In this document: positions 9,128 through 18,298 of the stretch, piece after piece
Position numbering within the stretch: position 1 is the stretch's first letter
How the letters are laid out: each line of letters begins with the position of its first letter
Sequence record: SRR20825006_1157
Length of the DNA stretch: 64,000 bases
Reading direction: 5' to 3' (one strand)
The notes under the pieces: generated by a model
Database searches by the model: none
What the model was told of the DNA's origin: nothing
What the model saw: only the letters and a program-made list of their open reading frames with translations
Program-made: the position numbers and the translations under genes

Positions 9128-9316
9128 ATGAAATATTTCCTAGCATCCATTTTTGCCCTGTTGCCCAGCTTTGCGTTGGCACATCCTGGCCACACTGAAG
9201 AAGTGGCGGGCCACACCCACACTTTGATGGATTTGGCAGCTTATGGCGCCATCCCAGCAGCGCTCTTTGTGGCTGCCGTTTTCGGCTATGCCATTTACCG
9301 TCGCGGCGATAAATAA
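9128..9316 (+). CDS. Small His-containing membrane protein (DUF6732-like), possible cobalt-uptake accessory
   Basis: Signal peptide, AHPGH...AGHTH, one TM helix. TAATG overlap with cbiX. Confidence 0.75.
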   Translation: MKYFLASIFALLPSFALAHPGHTEEVAGHTHTLMDLAAYGAIPAALFVAAVFGYAIYRRGDK

Positions 9317-10446
9317 TGAATTTCACATTGGATACAGACACAGCGGTGATGCTGTGTGGCCATGGCAGCCGCAACAAGTTGGCCGTGGATGAATTCGCGC
9401 ACCTCAAAGATCGTTTGAAAGAACGTTTGGGCGATGTGCCAGTTGAATATGGCTATTTGGAATTTGCCGATCCGGTGATCCATCACGGCCTCAATCAGCT
9501 CAAAGAGCAGGGCGTGAAAAAAGTGATCGCCGTGCCGGGCATGCTGTTCGCCGCTGGCCATGCGAAAAACGATATTCCATCGGTACTGAACACCTATCAG
9601 GCGCAAAACCCTGACATGGAAGTGATCTATGGCCGTGAGCTGGGTGTGGATTTGAAAATGATCCGCGCCGCGGGTGCCCGCATTGAAGAGGCGTTGGAAC
9701 AAGCAGGCGGCGATGTGCCACGCGAGGAAACCTTGCTTGTGGTCGTGGGCCGGGGGGCTTCTGACCCCGATGCCAATTCCAACGTGGCAAAAGTGATGCG
9801 CATGTTGTGGGAAGGCATGGGCTTTGGCTGGGCCGAAGTGGCCTATTCCGGCGTCACATTCCCGCTCACCGCCCCGGCGCTGCAACATGCAGCAAAGCTT
9901 GGTTATAAACGGATCGTTGTGTTTCCTTATTTCCTCTTCACCGGCGTGCTGGTGAAGCGGATTTATAAATATACCGATGAAGTGGCCGCCGAACATCCCG
10001 ATATTGAGTTTATCAAAGCGGGCTATTTGAACGACCATGACATGGTGGTGGAAACCTTTATCGACCGTATCCGCGAAGTGGTGGACGGCGAAAATAATAT
10101 GAACTGCCAGATGTGTAAATATCGCGAGCAGGTTCTAGGGTTTGAAGCCGAAGTGGGGCTGGCGCAAGAAAGCCATCACCATCATGTGGAAGGCATTGGC
10201 GGCGGCATGGAAGATTGCCCCTGCAATGGCGATTGCGATGCATCCTGCCGTGATGAGGAGTTCTGCAAAAAGCACGGACTGCCTTTCACCCCGGTGCATA
10301 AGCATGACCACGATCATCATCATGATCACGGCCATTCGCATGACCATGGCGATGGGCACCACCATCATCATGATCACCATCACCACCCTTATCCGTTTAA
10401 GGACCATCCATTGGGTCCGAAAACCATGGAGAAAAAGGGGCCCTGA
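9316..10446 (+). CDS. cbiX: Long-form CbiX sirohydrochlorin cobaltochelatase with Cys- and His-rich C-terminus
   Basis: GHGSR, GYLEFADP, AAGHAKNDIP, GRGASDPDAN, PYFLFTG, MNCQMCKYR. Confidence 0.9.
   Translation: MNFTLDTDTAVMLCGHGSRNKLAVDEFAHLKDRLKERLGDVPVEYGYLEFADPVIHHGLNQLKEQGVKKVIAVPGMLFAAGHAKNDIPSVLNTYQAQNPDMEVIYGRELGVDLKMIRAAGARIEEALEQAGGDVPREETLLVVVGRGASDPDANSNVAKVMRMLWEGMGFGWAEVAYSGVTFPLTAPALQHAAKLGYKRIVVFPYFLFTGVLVKRIYKYTDEVAAEHPDIEFIKAGYLNDHDMVVETFIDRIREVVDGENNMNCQMCKYREQVLGFEAEVGLAQESHHHHVEGIGGGMEDCPCNGDCDASCRDEEFCKKHGLPFTPVHKHDHDHHHDHGHSHDHGDGHHHHHDHHHHPYPFKDHPLGPKTMEKKGP
10297..10386 (+). repeat. Low-complexity CAY/GAY tract encoding the CbiX His-rich tail
   Basis: HKHDHDHHHDHGHSHDHGDGHHHHHDHHHH: 19 His in 30 codons. 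Confidence 0.85.
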
Positions 10447-11075
10447 TGGACTATTTGCGTGACCCTAAAGCCATTTACGAAATGAGCTTTAAGATCATCG
10501 AAAAGGAGGCGGCGCTGGATCAGTACCCGCCTTCTTTGCGGCCCGTTGTGGTGCGCATGATCCATGCGTGCGGCATGGTGGATTTGACCGAAGATATCGC
10601 CTTTCGCGGCGATGTGATGACAGCCGGGCAGGCGGCGCTTGCCGCAGATAAACCCATCCTATGCGATTGCGAAATGGTCCGCTCCGGCATCACCAAACGG
10701 TTTTTGCCTGATGTGGAACAGGCGCAGTGCCACCTCAATGATGAGCGCACGCCCGCACTTGCAAAAGAATTGGAAACGACCCGATCTGCGGCACAGGTTG
10801 AGTTGTGGGGCGAGGCGGCCAATGGCGCGATCATCGTGGTCGGCAACGCGCCAACCACCTTGTTTAAGGTGATTGAGATGGTTGAGGCCGGGCACATGCA
10901 TCCCGCTGCCATCATCGCAACACCCGTTGGCTTTGTGGGCGCGGCAGAATCGAAAGATGCACTCACCCAAACCCGTGCTAGTGTGCCCTATATCACTGTA
11001 ACGGGCAGACGCGGCGGCTCGGCCATGGCCAGCGCCGCGATGAACGCGATTGCATTGGGAGGGCAGCAACAATGA
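10446..11075 (+). CDS. cobH: Precorrin-8X methylmutase
   Basis: RMIHACG, TRSAA, VGNAPT, PVGFVGAAESK, GRRGGSAMA. Confidence 0.95.
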   Translation: MDYLRDPKAIYEMSFKIIEKEAALDQYPPSLRPVVVRMIHACGMVDLTEDIAFRGDVMTAGQAALAADKPILCDCEMVRSGITKRFLPDVEQAQCHLNDERTPALAKELETTRSAAQVELWGEAANGAIIVVGNAPTTLFKVIEMVEAGHMHPAAIIATPVGFVGAAESKDALTQTRASVPYITVTGRRGGSAMASAAMNAIALGGQQQ

Positions 11076-12289
11076 GCAAATGGTTAGATGTGGTGGGCGT
11101 CACCGCCAAAGGATTAGCGTCGCTCAACAGCGAACAGCAACAAATGGTCGACGAGGCCGAAGTTGTGGTCGGCCCACCACGCAGCCTGCCAAAATTGCGC
11201 GGCGATGACCCGCGCTATGTGGAATGGCAGGCCCCGCTCGACAATATGATCGAGCAAATCTTGTCGTTTAGTGGCAAAAAGACCGTGATCTTGGCCACGG
11301 GCGACCCCACCTGGTACGGCATTGGCGCCACGCTCACCCGCTATATCCCCTTGGATGAGTTTGAAATCCACCCGGCGCCTTCGGCCTTCTCTCTGGCCGC
11401 TGCGCGGATGAAATGGCCGCTGCAAAACACCGCCTGCGTCTCGGTGCATGGCCGCCCCGTTGACTTGTTGAATTCGCATATCGTGCCGGGTAACCGGATT
11501 TTGGCGCTCACAAGCGATGCGACGACCATTGAGGCGATTGCTAAATTGCTTGTGCAGCGTAAGTTCGGTCAGAGCCATTTGACGGTGTTAAACGCCATGG
11601 GGGGCGATACCGAAAGCAAGGTAGAGTTCACCGCCAACACCTATGAAAGCCACGGTATCGGCAACCTCAACACGGTAGCCATTGATTGCGTGGCTGATGA
11701 AGATGCGGCCCTGTTGCCGCCGCTGCCGGGCTTGCCGGATAGTGCTTTTGTGTCAGACGGGCAGTTGACCAAACGCGAAGTCCGCGCCGCCACCCTAGCC
11801 AAGCTGGTGCCACTGATGGGCCAGCATTTGTGGGATATTGGTGCTGGTTCCGGCTCCGTCGGCATTGAATGGATGCGCGCCGCTCCCCGCGCGACGGCGA
11901 CGGCGTTTGAAAAAAGCACCGCCCGCATCGAAATGATCAAAAAGAACAGGGATGTGTTGGGCACGCCGGGCCTCAAAATCGTCGAAGGCGAGGCGCTGGC
12001 GCATTTGAATGAAGCGCCGCCCATGCCAGATGCGATTTTTATGGGCGGCGATGTGGGCAACACTGAATTGTTTGACGCCCTTTGGGCCGCCCTAAAACCC
12101 GGTGGCCGCTTCGTCGCCAATGCAGTGACACTGGATGGCGAAGCCGCGCTAATGCAGCGCCTAGAGCAAAAAGGCGGTGACTTGGCCCGCATTGATGTCT
12201 CCCACCTCGACCATGTGGGCGCCCACAAAGTGCTGCGCCCGAAAATGACCGTGACCCAATGGTCCATCGTGAAAAAGGCAGATGAATGA
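11072..12289 (+). CDS. cobL: Precorrin-6Y C5,15-methyltransferase (decarboxylating), CbiE/CbiT fusion
   Basis: LATGDPTWYGIG N-domain; GQLTKREVR and WDIGAGSGSVGIEW C-domain. Confidence 0.93.
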   Translation: MSKWLDVVGVTAKGLASLNSEQQQMVDEAEVVVGPPRSLPKLRGDDPRYVEWQAPLDNMIEQILSFSGKKTVILATGDPTWYGIGATLTRYIPLDEFEIHPAPSAFSLAAARMKWPLQNTACVSVHGRPVDLLNSHIVPGNRILALTSDATTIEAIAKLLVQRKFGQSHLTVLNAMGGDTESKVEFTANTYESHGIGNLNTVAIDCVADEDAALLPPLPGLPDSAFVSDGQLTKREVRAATLAKLVPLMGQHLWDIGAGSGSVGIEWMRAAPRATATAFEKSTARIEMIKKNRDVLGTPGLKIVEGEALAHLNEAPPMPDAIFMGGDVGNTELFDALWAALKPGGRFVANAVTLDGEAALMQRLEQKGGDLARIDVSHLDHVGAHKVLRPKMTVTQWSIVKKADE

Positions 12290-12990
12290 GCGGCACGCTT
12301 TATTTGATCGGCACCGGGCCGGGCGATCCTGAATTATTGACCCTGAAAGCCGCGCGTGTGCTGAGTGCGCTGGATGGCGTGGCCTATCCGCAAAAGCCGG
12401 GCACCACTTCGCAAAGCCTCACCATTGCAGAAACGCATTTGAGCGAGAGCGTCGAGCATTTCGCGTTTGATGTGCCCATGGCGGTGGACCGAGGCCCGGC
12501 GCAAGCGGCCTACGATCAAATGGCCGAGCACCTCGCACCCAAATTGGCTGACGGGCAGAATATTGGCTATCTGTGTGAAGGCGATCCGCTCTTTTACGGC
12601 TCGGCCATGTATTTGCTGCACCGCTTGCCGGATGCGCAGATTGAAATCATCCCCGGCATCACCTCATTGACCGCTGCCGCCGCCGAAATCAAACGGCCGC
12701 TGGCCGCGCGTAATGAGCGGTTGAAAGTTCTACCCGCACCTCTGGAAAGCGCTGCGCTGGAAGCCGAGCTTGCGGCCAGCGAAGCCGTGGCGCTGATCAA
12801 GATTGGTCGCCATTTCGACCGGGTGCGCGATGCGCTCAACAAAACCGGGCACGGCGACAGCGCGATGGTGGTGGAATATGCCACTCGCGACACGCAAAAA
12901 ATCACCAAACTGGCCGACTACCCGCAGGGGGAACGGCCCTACTTTTCGATCATCCTCAGCTATAAAGGCGACGAAGCATGGGGCACCTAA
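12286..12990 (+). CDS. cobI: Precorrin-2 C20-methyltransferase
   Basis: GTGPGDPELLTLKA, LCEGDPLFYGS, IPGITS, PYFS. Confidence 0.93.
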   Translation: MSGTLYLIGTGPGDPELLTLKAARVLSALDGVAYPQKPGTTSQSLTIAETHLSESVEHFAFDVPMAVDRGPAQAAYDQMAEHLAPKLADGQNIGYLCEGDPLFYGSAMYLLHRLPDAQIEIIPGITSLTAAAAEIKRPLAARNERLKVLPAPLESAALEAELAASEAVALIKIGRHFDRVRDALNKTGHGDSAMVVEYATRDTQKITKLADYPQGERPYFSIILSYKGDEAWGT

Positions 12991-14774
12991 ACCAAAACCC
13001 GCCATTGGTGATTTCTTTTTCGGAAAGCGGCAATGAAGTCGCTGAGAAAATCGCGACCGCGCTTTCAGTCGAAGCACAGCCTTATAAAAAAGGCGAGATG
13101 GACCCGGCCCGCGCCGCTGTCGAACGGGGCTTTCAACAGGGCCGCCCCATCATCGGCATTTGCGCGGCGGCGATCCTGATCCGTTTTCTCGCACCATTTT
13201 TGGCCGACAAAAAAACCGATCCACCGGTGTTGGCGGTGTCAAGCGATGGCAAAAGCATTGTGCCGCTTTTGGGCGGGCACCATGGGGCCAATCAACTCGC
13301 CAATGATCTCGCGCAGGATTTGAACGCCCATGCGGCGATCACTACGGCCAGTGAAAACATCTTTGGCGCGGGGCTGGATGAGGTGCCGTTCGGGTGGACC
13401 TTGGTTAATCCCAAATCCGCCAAGCGGGCCATGGCGTCATTGCTGGCAGGGGCAAAATTTCATATCAAGGGTGAGGCCGACTGGTTGGCCAAACACCCGG
13501 CCTATGATCCTGACGGCGAAGTGCAATTGCTCGCCCATATCCACCATCGGGAAGAGCAAGACGCGCCGCATTATGTGCCACAAAAGCTGGTGGTTGGCGT
13601 CGGCTGCGAGCGCCATTGTCCAGCGGACAAGATCATCGAATTGATCAAATCCACCATCAAAGCCAACAAGCTGCATCCCCAGGCCATCGCGGCGCTGGCC
13701 AGCATTGACTTGAAAGCCGACGAGCAAGGCTTACAGCAAGCCGCCGCCCATTTCGGTGTGCCTTTGCGCGTCTTCACCGCTGAGGAATTGGCGGCAGAAC
13801 GCGAGCGCGTGCCGAACCCTTCCGCCATTGTGGAGCAGGAAGTGGGCACGCCTTCAGTAGCCGAAGCCGCTGCCTTGAAGGCGGGGGCGTTGCTGGTGGA
13901 AAAGCAAAAGAACAAGCAAGCCACCTGCGCCATTGGCATCTCAGACGAGGTGATCGATCCGCAGCTTTTGGGCCGTGCTTTGGGCACAGTTTATCTTGTG
14001 GGGTTGGGGCCAGGCACCGCCACTTTGCGCACGCCAGAGGCAGACCGCGCCTTGCGGGTGGCAAGCGATTGGGTCGGCTATGGGCTCTATCTGGATTTGG
14101 CGGCAGATGCCAAAACCTACCAAACCGAACATCGGTTTGATTTGGGCGAGGAAGAATTGCGCGTGCGTCACGCACTGGAGCTGGCGGGCACGGGCCGGAA
14201 TGTGGCGTTGATCTGCTCTGGCGATGCGAACATCTTTGCCATGGGCGCGCTGATCTATGAACTTCTGGTGGCCGAAGGCGACCGCGCCCTTTCCGATGCG
14301 GCGAAGCGCGTGGCGATTGAAACCTGCCCCGGCATTTCCGCGTTCCAAGCAGCGGCGGCCAAGTCTGGCGCGTTGATCGGCCATGATTTCTGCTGCATTT
14401 CTCTGTCTGATTTGTTGACCCCGCGCGACGATATTTTGAAACGGCTGGACGCGGCAGCGACTGGCGATTTTGTCACCGCCTTTTACAATCCACGCTCAAT
14501 GCGCCGGACCGATCTGATCGAAATCGCGAAGGAAAAATTCCTCGCTGAACGGCCAGACAACACCCCCGTGATCATCGCCTCCAACCTTGGTCGCCCGGCG
14601 GAAAAAGTGCGGGTGGTCACATTGGCCGAGTTCAATCCGGAAGAAATCGATATGCTCACTATCGTGCTGTTCGGGTCTTCCCAATCCAAAAGCTTTGTGC
14701 GCGGTTCCAGCGAACGGGTCGCCTATACCCCGCGCGGATACGCCAAAAAAGCAGCAAAAGAGGCGGCACAATGA
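12978..14774 (+). CDS. cobJ: CbiG-CobJ(CbiH) fusion: CbiG domain plus precorrin-3B C17-methyltransferase
   Basis: CbiG motifs DPPVLAV, LLGGHHGAN, ITTAS, GVGCER, VAEAAAL; C-terminal VGLGPG, ISLSDLLTP, FYNPRS, YTPRGY. Confidence 0.92.
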   Translation: MGHLNQNPPLVISFSESGNEVAEKIATALSVEAQPYKKGEMDPARAAVERGFQQGRPIIGICAAAILIRFLAPFLADKKTDPPVLAVSSDGKSIVPLLGGHHGANQLANDLAQDLNAHAAITTASENIFGAGLDEVPFGWTLVNPKSAKRAMASLLAGAKFHIKGEADWLAKHPAYDPDGEVQLLAHIHHREEQDAPHYVPQKLVVGVGCERHCPADKIIELIKSTIKANKLHPQAIAALASIDLKADEQGLQQAAAHFGVPLRVFTAEELAAERERVPNPSAIVEQEVGTPSVAEAAALKAGALLVEKQKNKQATCAIGISDEVIDPQLLGRALGTVYLVGLGPGTATLRTPEADRALRVASDWVGYGLYLDLAADAKTYQTEHRFDLGEEELRVRHALELAGTGRNVALICSGDANIFAMGALIYELLVAEGDRALSDAAKRVAIETCPGISAFQAAAAKSGALIGHDFCCISLSDLLTPRDDILKRLDAAATGDFVTAFYNPRSMRRTDLIEIAKEKFLAERPDNTPVIIASNLGRPAEKVRVVTLAEFNPEEIDMLTIVLFGSSQSKSFVRGSSERVAYTPRGYAKKAAKEAAQ

Positions 14775-15577
14775 CTGTTTATTTTATCGGCGCAGGCCCC
14801 GGCGCACCTGATTTGATCACCGTGCGCGGCCTGAAATTGATCGAAAACTGCAAAGTCTGTCTGTTTGCGGGCTCATTGGTGCCCACTGAGATTGTAGAAG
14901 CCGCGCCGCGCGATGCCTTGGTAATGGATACAGCGCCCATGCATCTGGATCAGATCATTGAAGAAATCCAAAAGGCGGATGCCGATGGGTTGGATGTGGC
15001 GCGGGTGCATTCGGGTGACCCTTCGCTTTATGGCGCGATTGCCGAACAGATGCGGCGGCTGGATGAAATGGGCATTGATTATGAAGTCGTGCCGGGCGTA
15101 CCCGCTTTCGCCGGGGCGGCGGCGCGGTTGAAAACCGAGCTGACCTTGCCCGAAATTGCGCAGACCGTGATCGTTACCCGCACCAGCGGCAAAGCCTCGT
15201 CCATGCCCGAGCATGAAACGCTGGAGATTTTGGGCCAATCGCGGGCGACCCTGGCGATCCATCTTTCGATCCGCAATCTCAAATATATCGAAGAAACGCT
15301 CTCGCCGTATTATGGCGAAGATTGCCCCGTGGTGGTGATCTACCGCGCCACATGGCCGGACGAGCAAATCATCCAAACCACGCTAAAAGACATGCGCGCC
15401 GATGTGCGGGCCGCGAAAATCACCCGCACGGCGTTGATCTTTGTGGGTCGTGTGTTCGATGCCAAAGGCTTTAAAGATAGCGAGCTTTATTCTGCCGATT
15501 TTGCCCATGTGCTGCGGAACAAGGGCAAAAAGAAGGACCGCACCAAGACCAAAAGTCAGGCGGCAGTGGCGGAATGA
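14771..15577 (+). CDS. cobM: Precorrin-4 C11-methyltransferase
   Basis: MTVYFIGAGPGAPDLITVRG, AGSLV, RVHSGDPSLYGA, ELTLPEIAQTV, SELY. Confidence 0.95.
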   Translation: MTVYFIGAGPGAPDLITVRGLKLIENCKVCLFAGSLVPTEIVEAAPRDALVMDTAPMHLDQIIEEIQKADADGLDVARVHSGDPSLYGAIAEQMRRLDEMGIDYEVVPGVPAFAGAAARLKTELTLPEIAQTVIVTRTSGKASSMPEHETLEILGQSRATLAIHLSIRNLKYIEETLSPYYGEDCPVVVIYRATWPDEQIIQTTLKDMRADVRAAKITRTALIFVGRVFDAKGFKDSELYSADFAHVLRNKGKKKDRTKTKSQAAVAE

Positions 15578-16296
15578 TCGGCCACAAACTTCAACGCGCC
15601 TTCAACCGAAAACACTTCCGGTGCCGTGGGCAGGGAGGGGCGCTCGATCATGATCACGTCGACGCCCAATTGCCGCGCGGCTTCAAGTTTGGCCACCGTC
15701 TGATCGCCGCCCGCATTTTTGGTCACCAAATGGGTGATCTTATGCTGCCGCATCAACGCCATTTCGCCCTCAAGGCTGAAGGGCGGACGCTCCAGCATCA
15801 CGGTTACGCGCGGCGGCAGTACCATTTCGGGATGCTCAATGGCGCGCAGCACGATAGTGCAATCATCGCGCAACACAAACGGCTCTACATGCTGGCGGCC
15901 AATGGTCACCAAGGCGTTGGCACCTTCGGGCAATCGCTCCGCCGCTTGCGCCAAGTCTTCCACATGCTGCCAGTTATCCTCCGTACCCGCACGCCAAGGT
16001 TGGCGCATCAGGCGCAGATGGCTTTTATTCAGCTTTTCGCATGCTTCAACAATGTGGTGAGACATGGTGGCAGCGAAGGCATGGGTCGCATCAATCATCA
16101 ATTGAAAATCATTGCGGCCAATATAATCCTTCAGCCCGTCCACGCCGCCAAAACCGCCACGATGCACATGCCCGTTGGGCAGACGCGGCTTGCGGGTGAC
16201 CCCGGCGAGGGAGGTGGTGACTTCATGCCCTTGGCGCACCAGCGCATTGGCCAAATCAATCGCTTCGCCTGTGCCGCCAAAAATCAAAATGCGCAT
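15556..16296 (-). CDS. cobK: Precorrin-6A / cobalt-precorrin-6A reductase
   Basis: ILIFGGTGEA, GGFGG, IDATHAFA, LVTKNAGG, KLEAARQLG, IERP. Confidence 0.93.
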   Translation of the reverse strand: MRILIFGGTGEAIDLANALVRQGHEVTTSLAGVTRKPRLPNGHVHRGGFGGVDGLKDYIGRNDFQLMIDATHAFAATMSHHIVEACEKLNKSHLRLMRQPWRAGTEDNWQHVEDLAQAAERLPEGANALVTIGRQHVEPFVLRDDCTIVLRAIEHPEMVLPPRVTVMLERPPFSLEGEMALMRQHKITHLVTKNAGGDQTVAKLEAARQLGVDVIMIERPSLPTAPEVFSVEGALKFVADHSATAA

Positions 16297-16317
16297 AAAC
16301 CTGCCTCCCGTTTGGTG

Positions 16318-17421
16318 TTAGCTTTCGGCGATTATAACGCCTTTTCGGTCTGTCACCAAAACGCTGACATGGATGTCATTGTTCCGCAACTTTCCCTGCG
16401 CAACTTGTGCCGCAAGTTCCGCGATTTTTTCCGCAATTGGAATTTGCGCATCAGTACACAATTCCAGCACCTGCTTCGCCGTATTTGCCGCACGAATGTT
16501 TCTGCACAGGGCTTCTTCCGCACCAAGGCTTTGGGCCTGTTCGGCCAACCAATCAAAGCCAACTTGGGAGCGGCCTGAATGCAAATCCAGATGCCCTTCC
16601 GCGAGCTTGGTGATTTTGGCAAACCCGCCGCAAATGGTGAGGTTGGGCACGGGATTGGCTTTCAGATATTTCAGCAGGCCACCCGCGAAATCGCCCATAT
16701 CCAAATAGGCTTCCAGCGGCAGGCCAAGGCGTTTCTGCGCCGCTTTTTCCGAGGCATCGCCGGTAGAACCAACAACATGGGTCAGCCCCTCGGCCCGCGC
16801 CACATCAATGCCGCGATGGATCGAGTGAATCCACGCTGCGCAAGAAAAGGGCACAACAATGCCCGTGGTGCCCAAGATGGAGAGGCCACCGACAATGCCC
16901 AAGCGCGGGTTCCAAGTTTGCTGCGCCAACGCTTCGCCATTATCCACGCTGATCGTGATTTCAATGTCCGCACGTGCGCCCAGTTCTGCGCAGATCTTTT
17001 CGCAATGCTCAGTCATCATTTTGCGTGGCACCGGGTTGATCGCAGGCTCACCGGGCGGAATGGGCAGGCCGGGCTTGGTTATCATGCCAACGCCTTTGCC
17101 CGCCTTAAACTGAACGCCATTGCCCTCGGGCAATTGCCGCACCATCGCACGCACCATCGCACCGTGGGTCACATCCGGGTCATCCCCCGCATCTTTCACA
17201 ATGCCACACATGGCAAAATCATCACCGCGTTCTTCTGCCGCGAGGGCGAAGTCAGGCGTTTGGCCGCCGGGCAGAGTGATTTGAATGGGGTCTTTAAACG
17301 CGTCGGAAAACAGGCCATAAAGCGCCGCGCTGGTGGCCGCCGTGGCGCACGCGCCAGTTGTCCAGCCGCGTTTCAGGACTGTACCTTTTTCATTGACGCT
17401 ATCTTGTGTGGACGCAACCAT
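16318..17421 (-). CDS. cbiD: Cobalt-precorrin-5B C1-methyltransferase
   Basis: LKRGWTTGACATAA, KDAGDDPDVTHG, AINPVPR, TWNPRLGIVGGLSILGTTG. ATG 17421 preferred over GTG 17439. Confidence 0.93.
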   Translation of the reverse strand: MVASTQDSVNEKGTVLKRGWTTGACATAATSAALYGLFSDAFKDPIQITLPGGQTPDFALAAEERGDDFAMCGIVKDAGDDPDVTHGAMVRAMVRQLPEGNGVQFKAGKGVGMITKPGLPIPPGEPAINPVPRKMMTEHCEKICAELGARADIEITISVDNGEALAQQTWNPRLGIVGGLSILGTTGIVVPFSCAAWIHSIHRGIDVARAEGLTHVVGSTGDASEKAAQKRLGLPLEAYLDMGDFAGGLLKYLKANPVPNLTICGGFAKITKLAEGHLDLHSGRSQVGFDWLAEQAQSLGAEEALCRNIRAANTAKQVLELCTDAQIPIAEKIAELAAQVAQGKLRNNDIHVSVLVTDRKGVIIAES

Positions 17422-17467
17422 ATATTCTCTATAGGTCACGCACCTTTAAAGGCAAAGGGCTAATTAA

Positions 17468-18298
17468 ATGCGGAATTGGTTTAAGCACCTCTTTGGCAAA
17501 AAACAGGATCATTTTGCGCGGCTCGATGCGCGCGCTTTTCCAAGCTTTGCGCCCGGCAGTGTGTGGCTGGTGGGCGCAGGACCAGGCGATCCGGGCTTAA
17601 TGTCGCTGCACGCCTTTTATGCCCTCGGCCAGGCCGATGTGATCGTTTATGACGCGCTGGTAGGCGAAGAAATTCTCACCTACGCCAATCCAAAGGCCGA
17701 ATTGCATTATGCAGGCAAGCGGGGCGGCAAACCTTCACCGAAGCAAAATGACATTTCGCTCAAGCTGATCGAGTGGGCCAAGCAAAACAAACGCGTGCTG
17801 CGCCTTAAGGGTGGCGACCCGTTTATGTTTGGGCGCGGCGGCGAGGAAAGCGAAACGCTGCATAAGGCGGGCGTGAAATTCCGCATCGTACCGGGCATAA
17901 CGGCAGGCATTGGCGGGCTGGCCTATGCGGGCATTCCCGCCACCCACCGCGACACCAATCAAGCGGTAATTTTCCTCACCGGGCATGACGAAACAGGCAA
18001 TGTGCCGCAAGCCGTTGATTGGCATGCGGTGGCCACAGCGGCCCCGGTGATCGTGATGTATATGGCGGTCAAGCATCTGCCATCGATCGCGCAAAAGCTT
18101 GTGGAAGGGGGGCGTGACCCACACGATAAGGTGGGCATAGTTTCCAACGCCACATTGCCGCATCAAAGCCTAATGGTCACCCAACTTGGTGAAGCAGGCG
18201 AATTTGTCCAGCAAAATGAAGTGCCCACCCCCGCCATCGTCGTGGTGGGCCCCGTGGTTGATTACGCAAAAATTCTGAACTGGCAGGACAAGGACTAA
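17468..18298 (+). CDS. cobA: Uroporphyrinogen-III C-methyltransferase (SUMT)
   Basis: VWLVGAGPGDPGL, YDALV, RLKGGDPFMFGRGGEE, GIPATHR. Confidence 0.95.
   Translation: MRNWFKHLFGKKQDHFARLDARAFPSFAPGSVWLVGAGPGDPGLMSLHAFYALGQADVIVYDALVGEEILTYANPKAELHYAGKRGGKPSPKQNDISLKLIEWAKQNKRVLRLKGGDPFMFGRGGEESETLHKAGVKFRIVPGITAGIGGLAYAGIPATHRDTNQAVIFLTGHDETGNVPQAVDWHAVATAAPVIVMYMAVKHLPSIAQKLVEGGRDPHDKVGIVSNATLPHQSLMVTQLGEAGEFVQQNEVPTPAIVVVGPVVDYAKILNWQDKD

Noticed and set aside
10297-10386. Repeat-like CAT/GAT tract as a non-coding repeat or CRISPR array
   Set aside because: It is the in-frame His-rich coding tail of CbiX, with no repeat-spacer periodicity.
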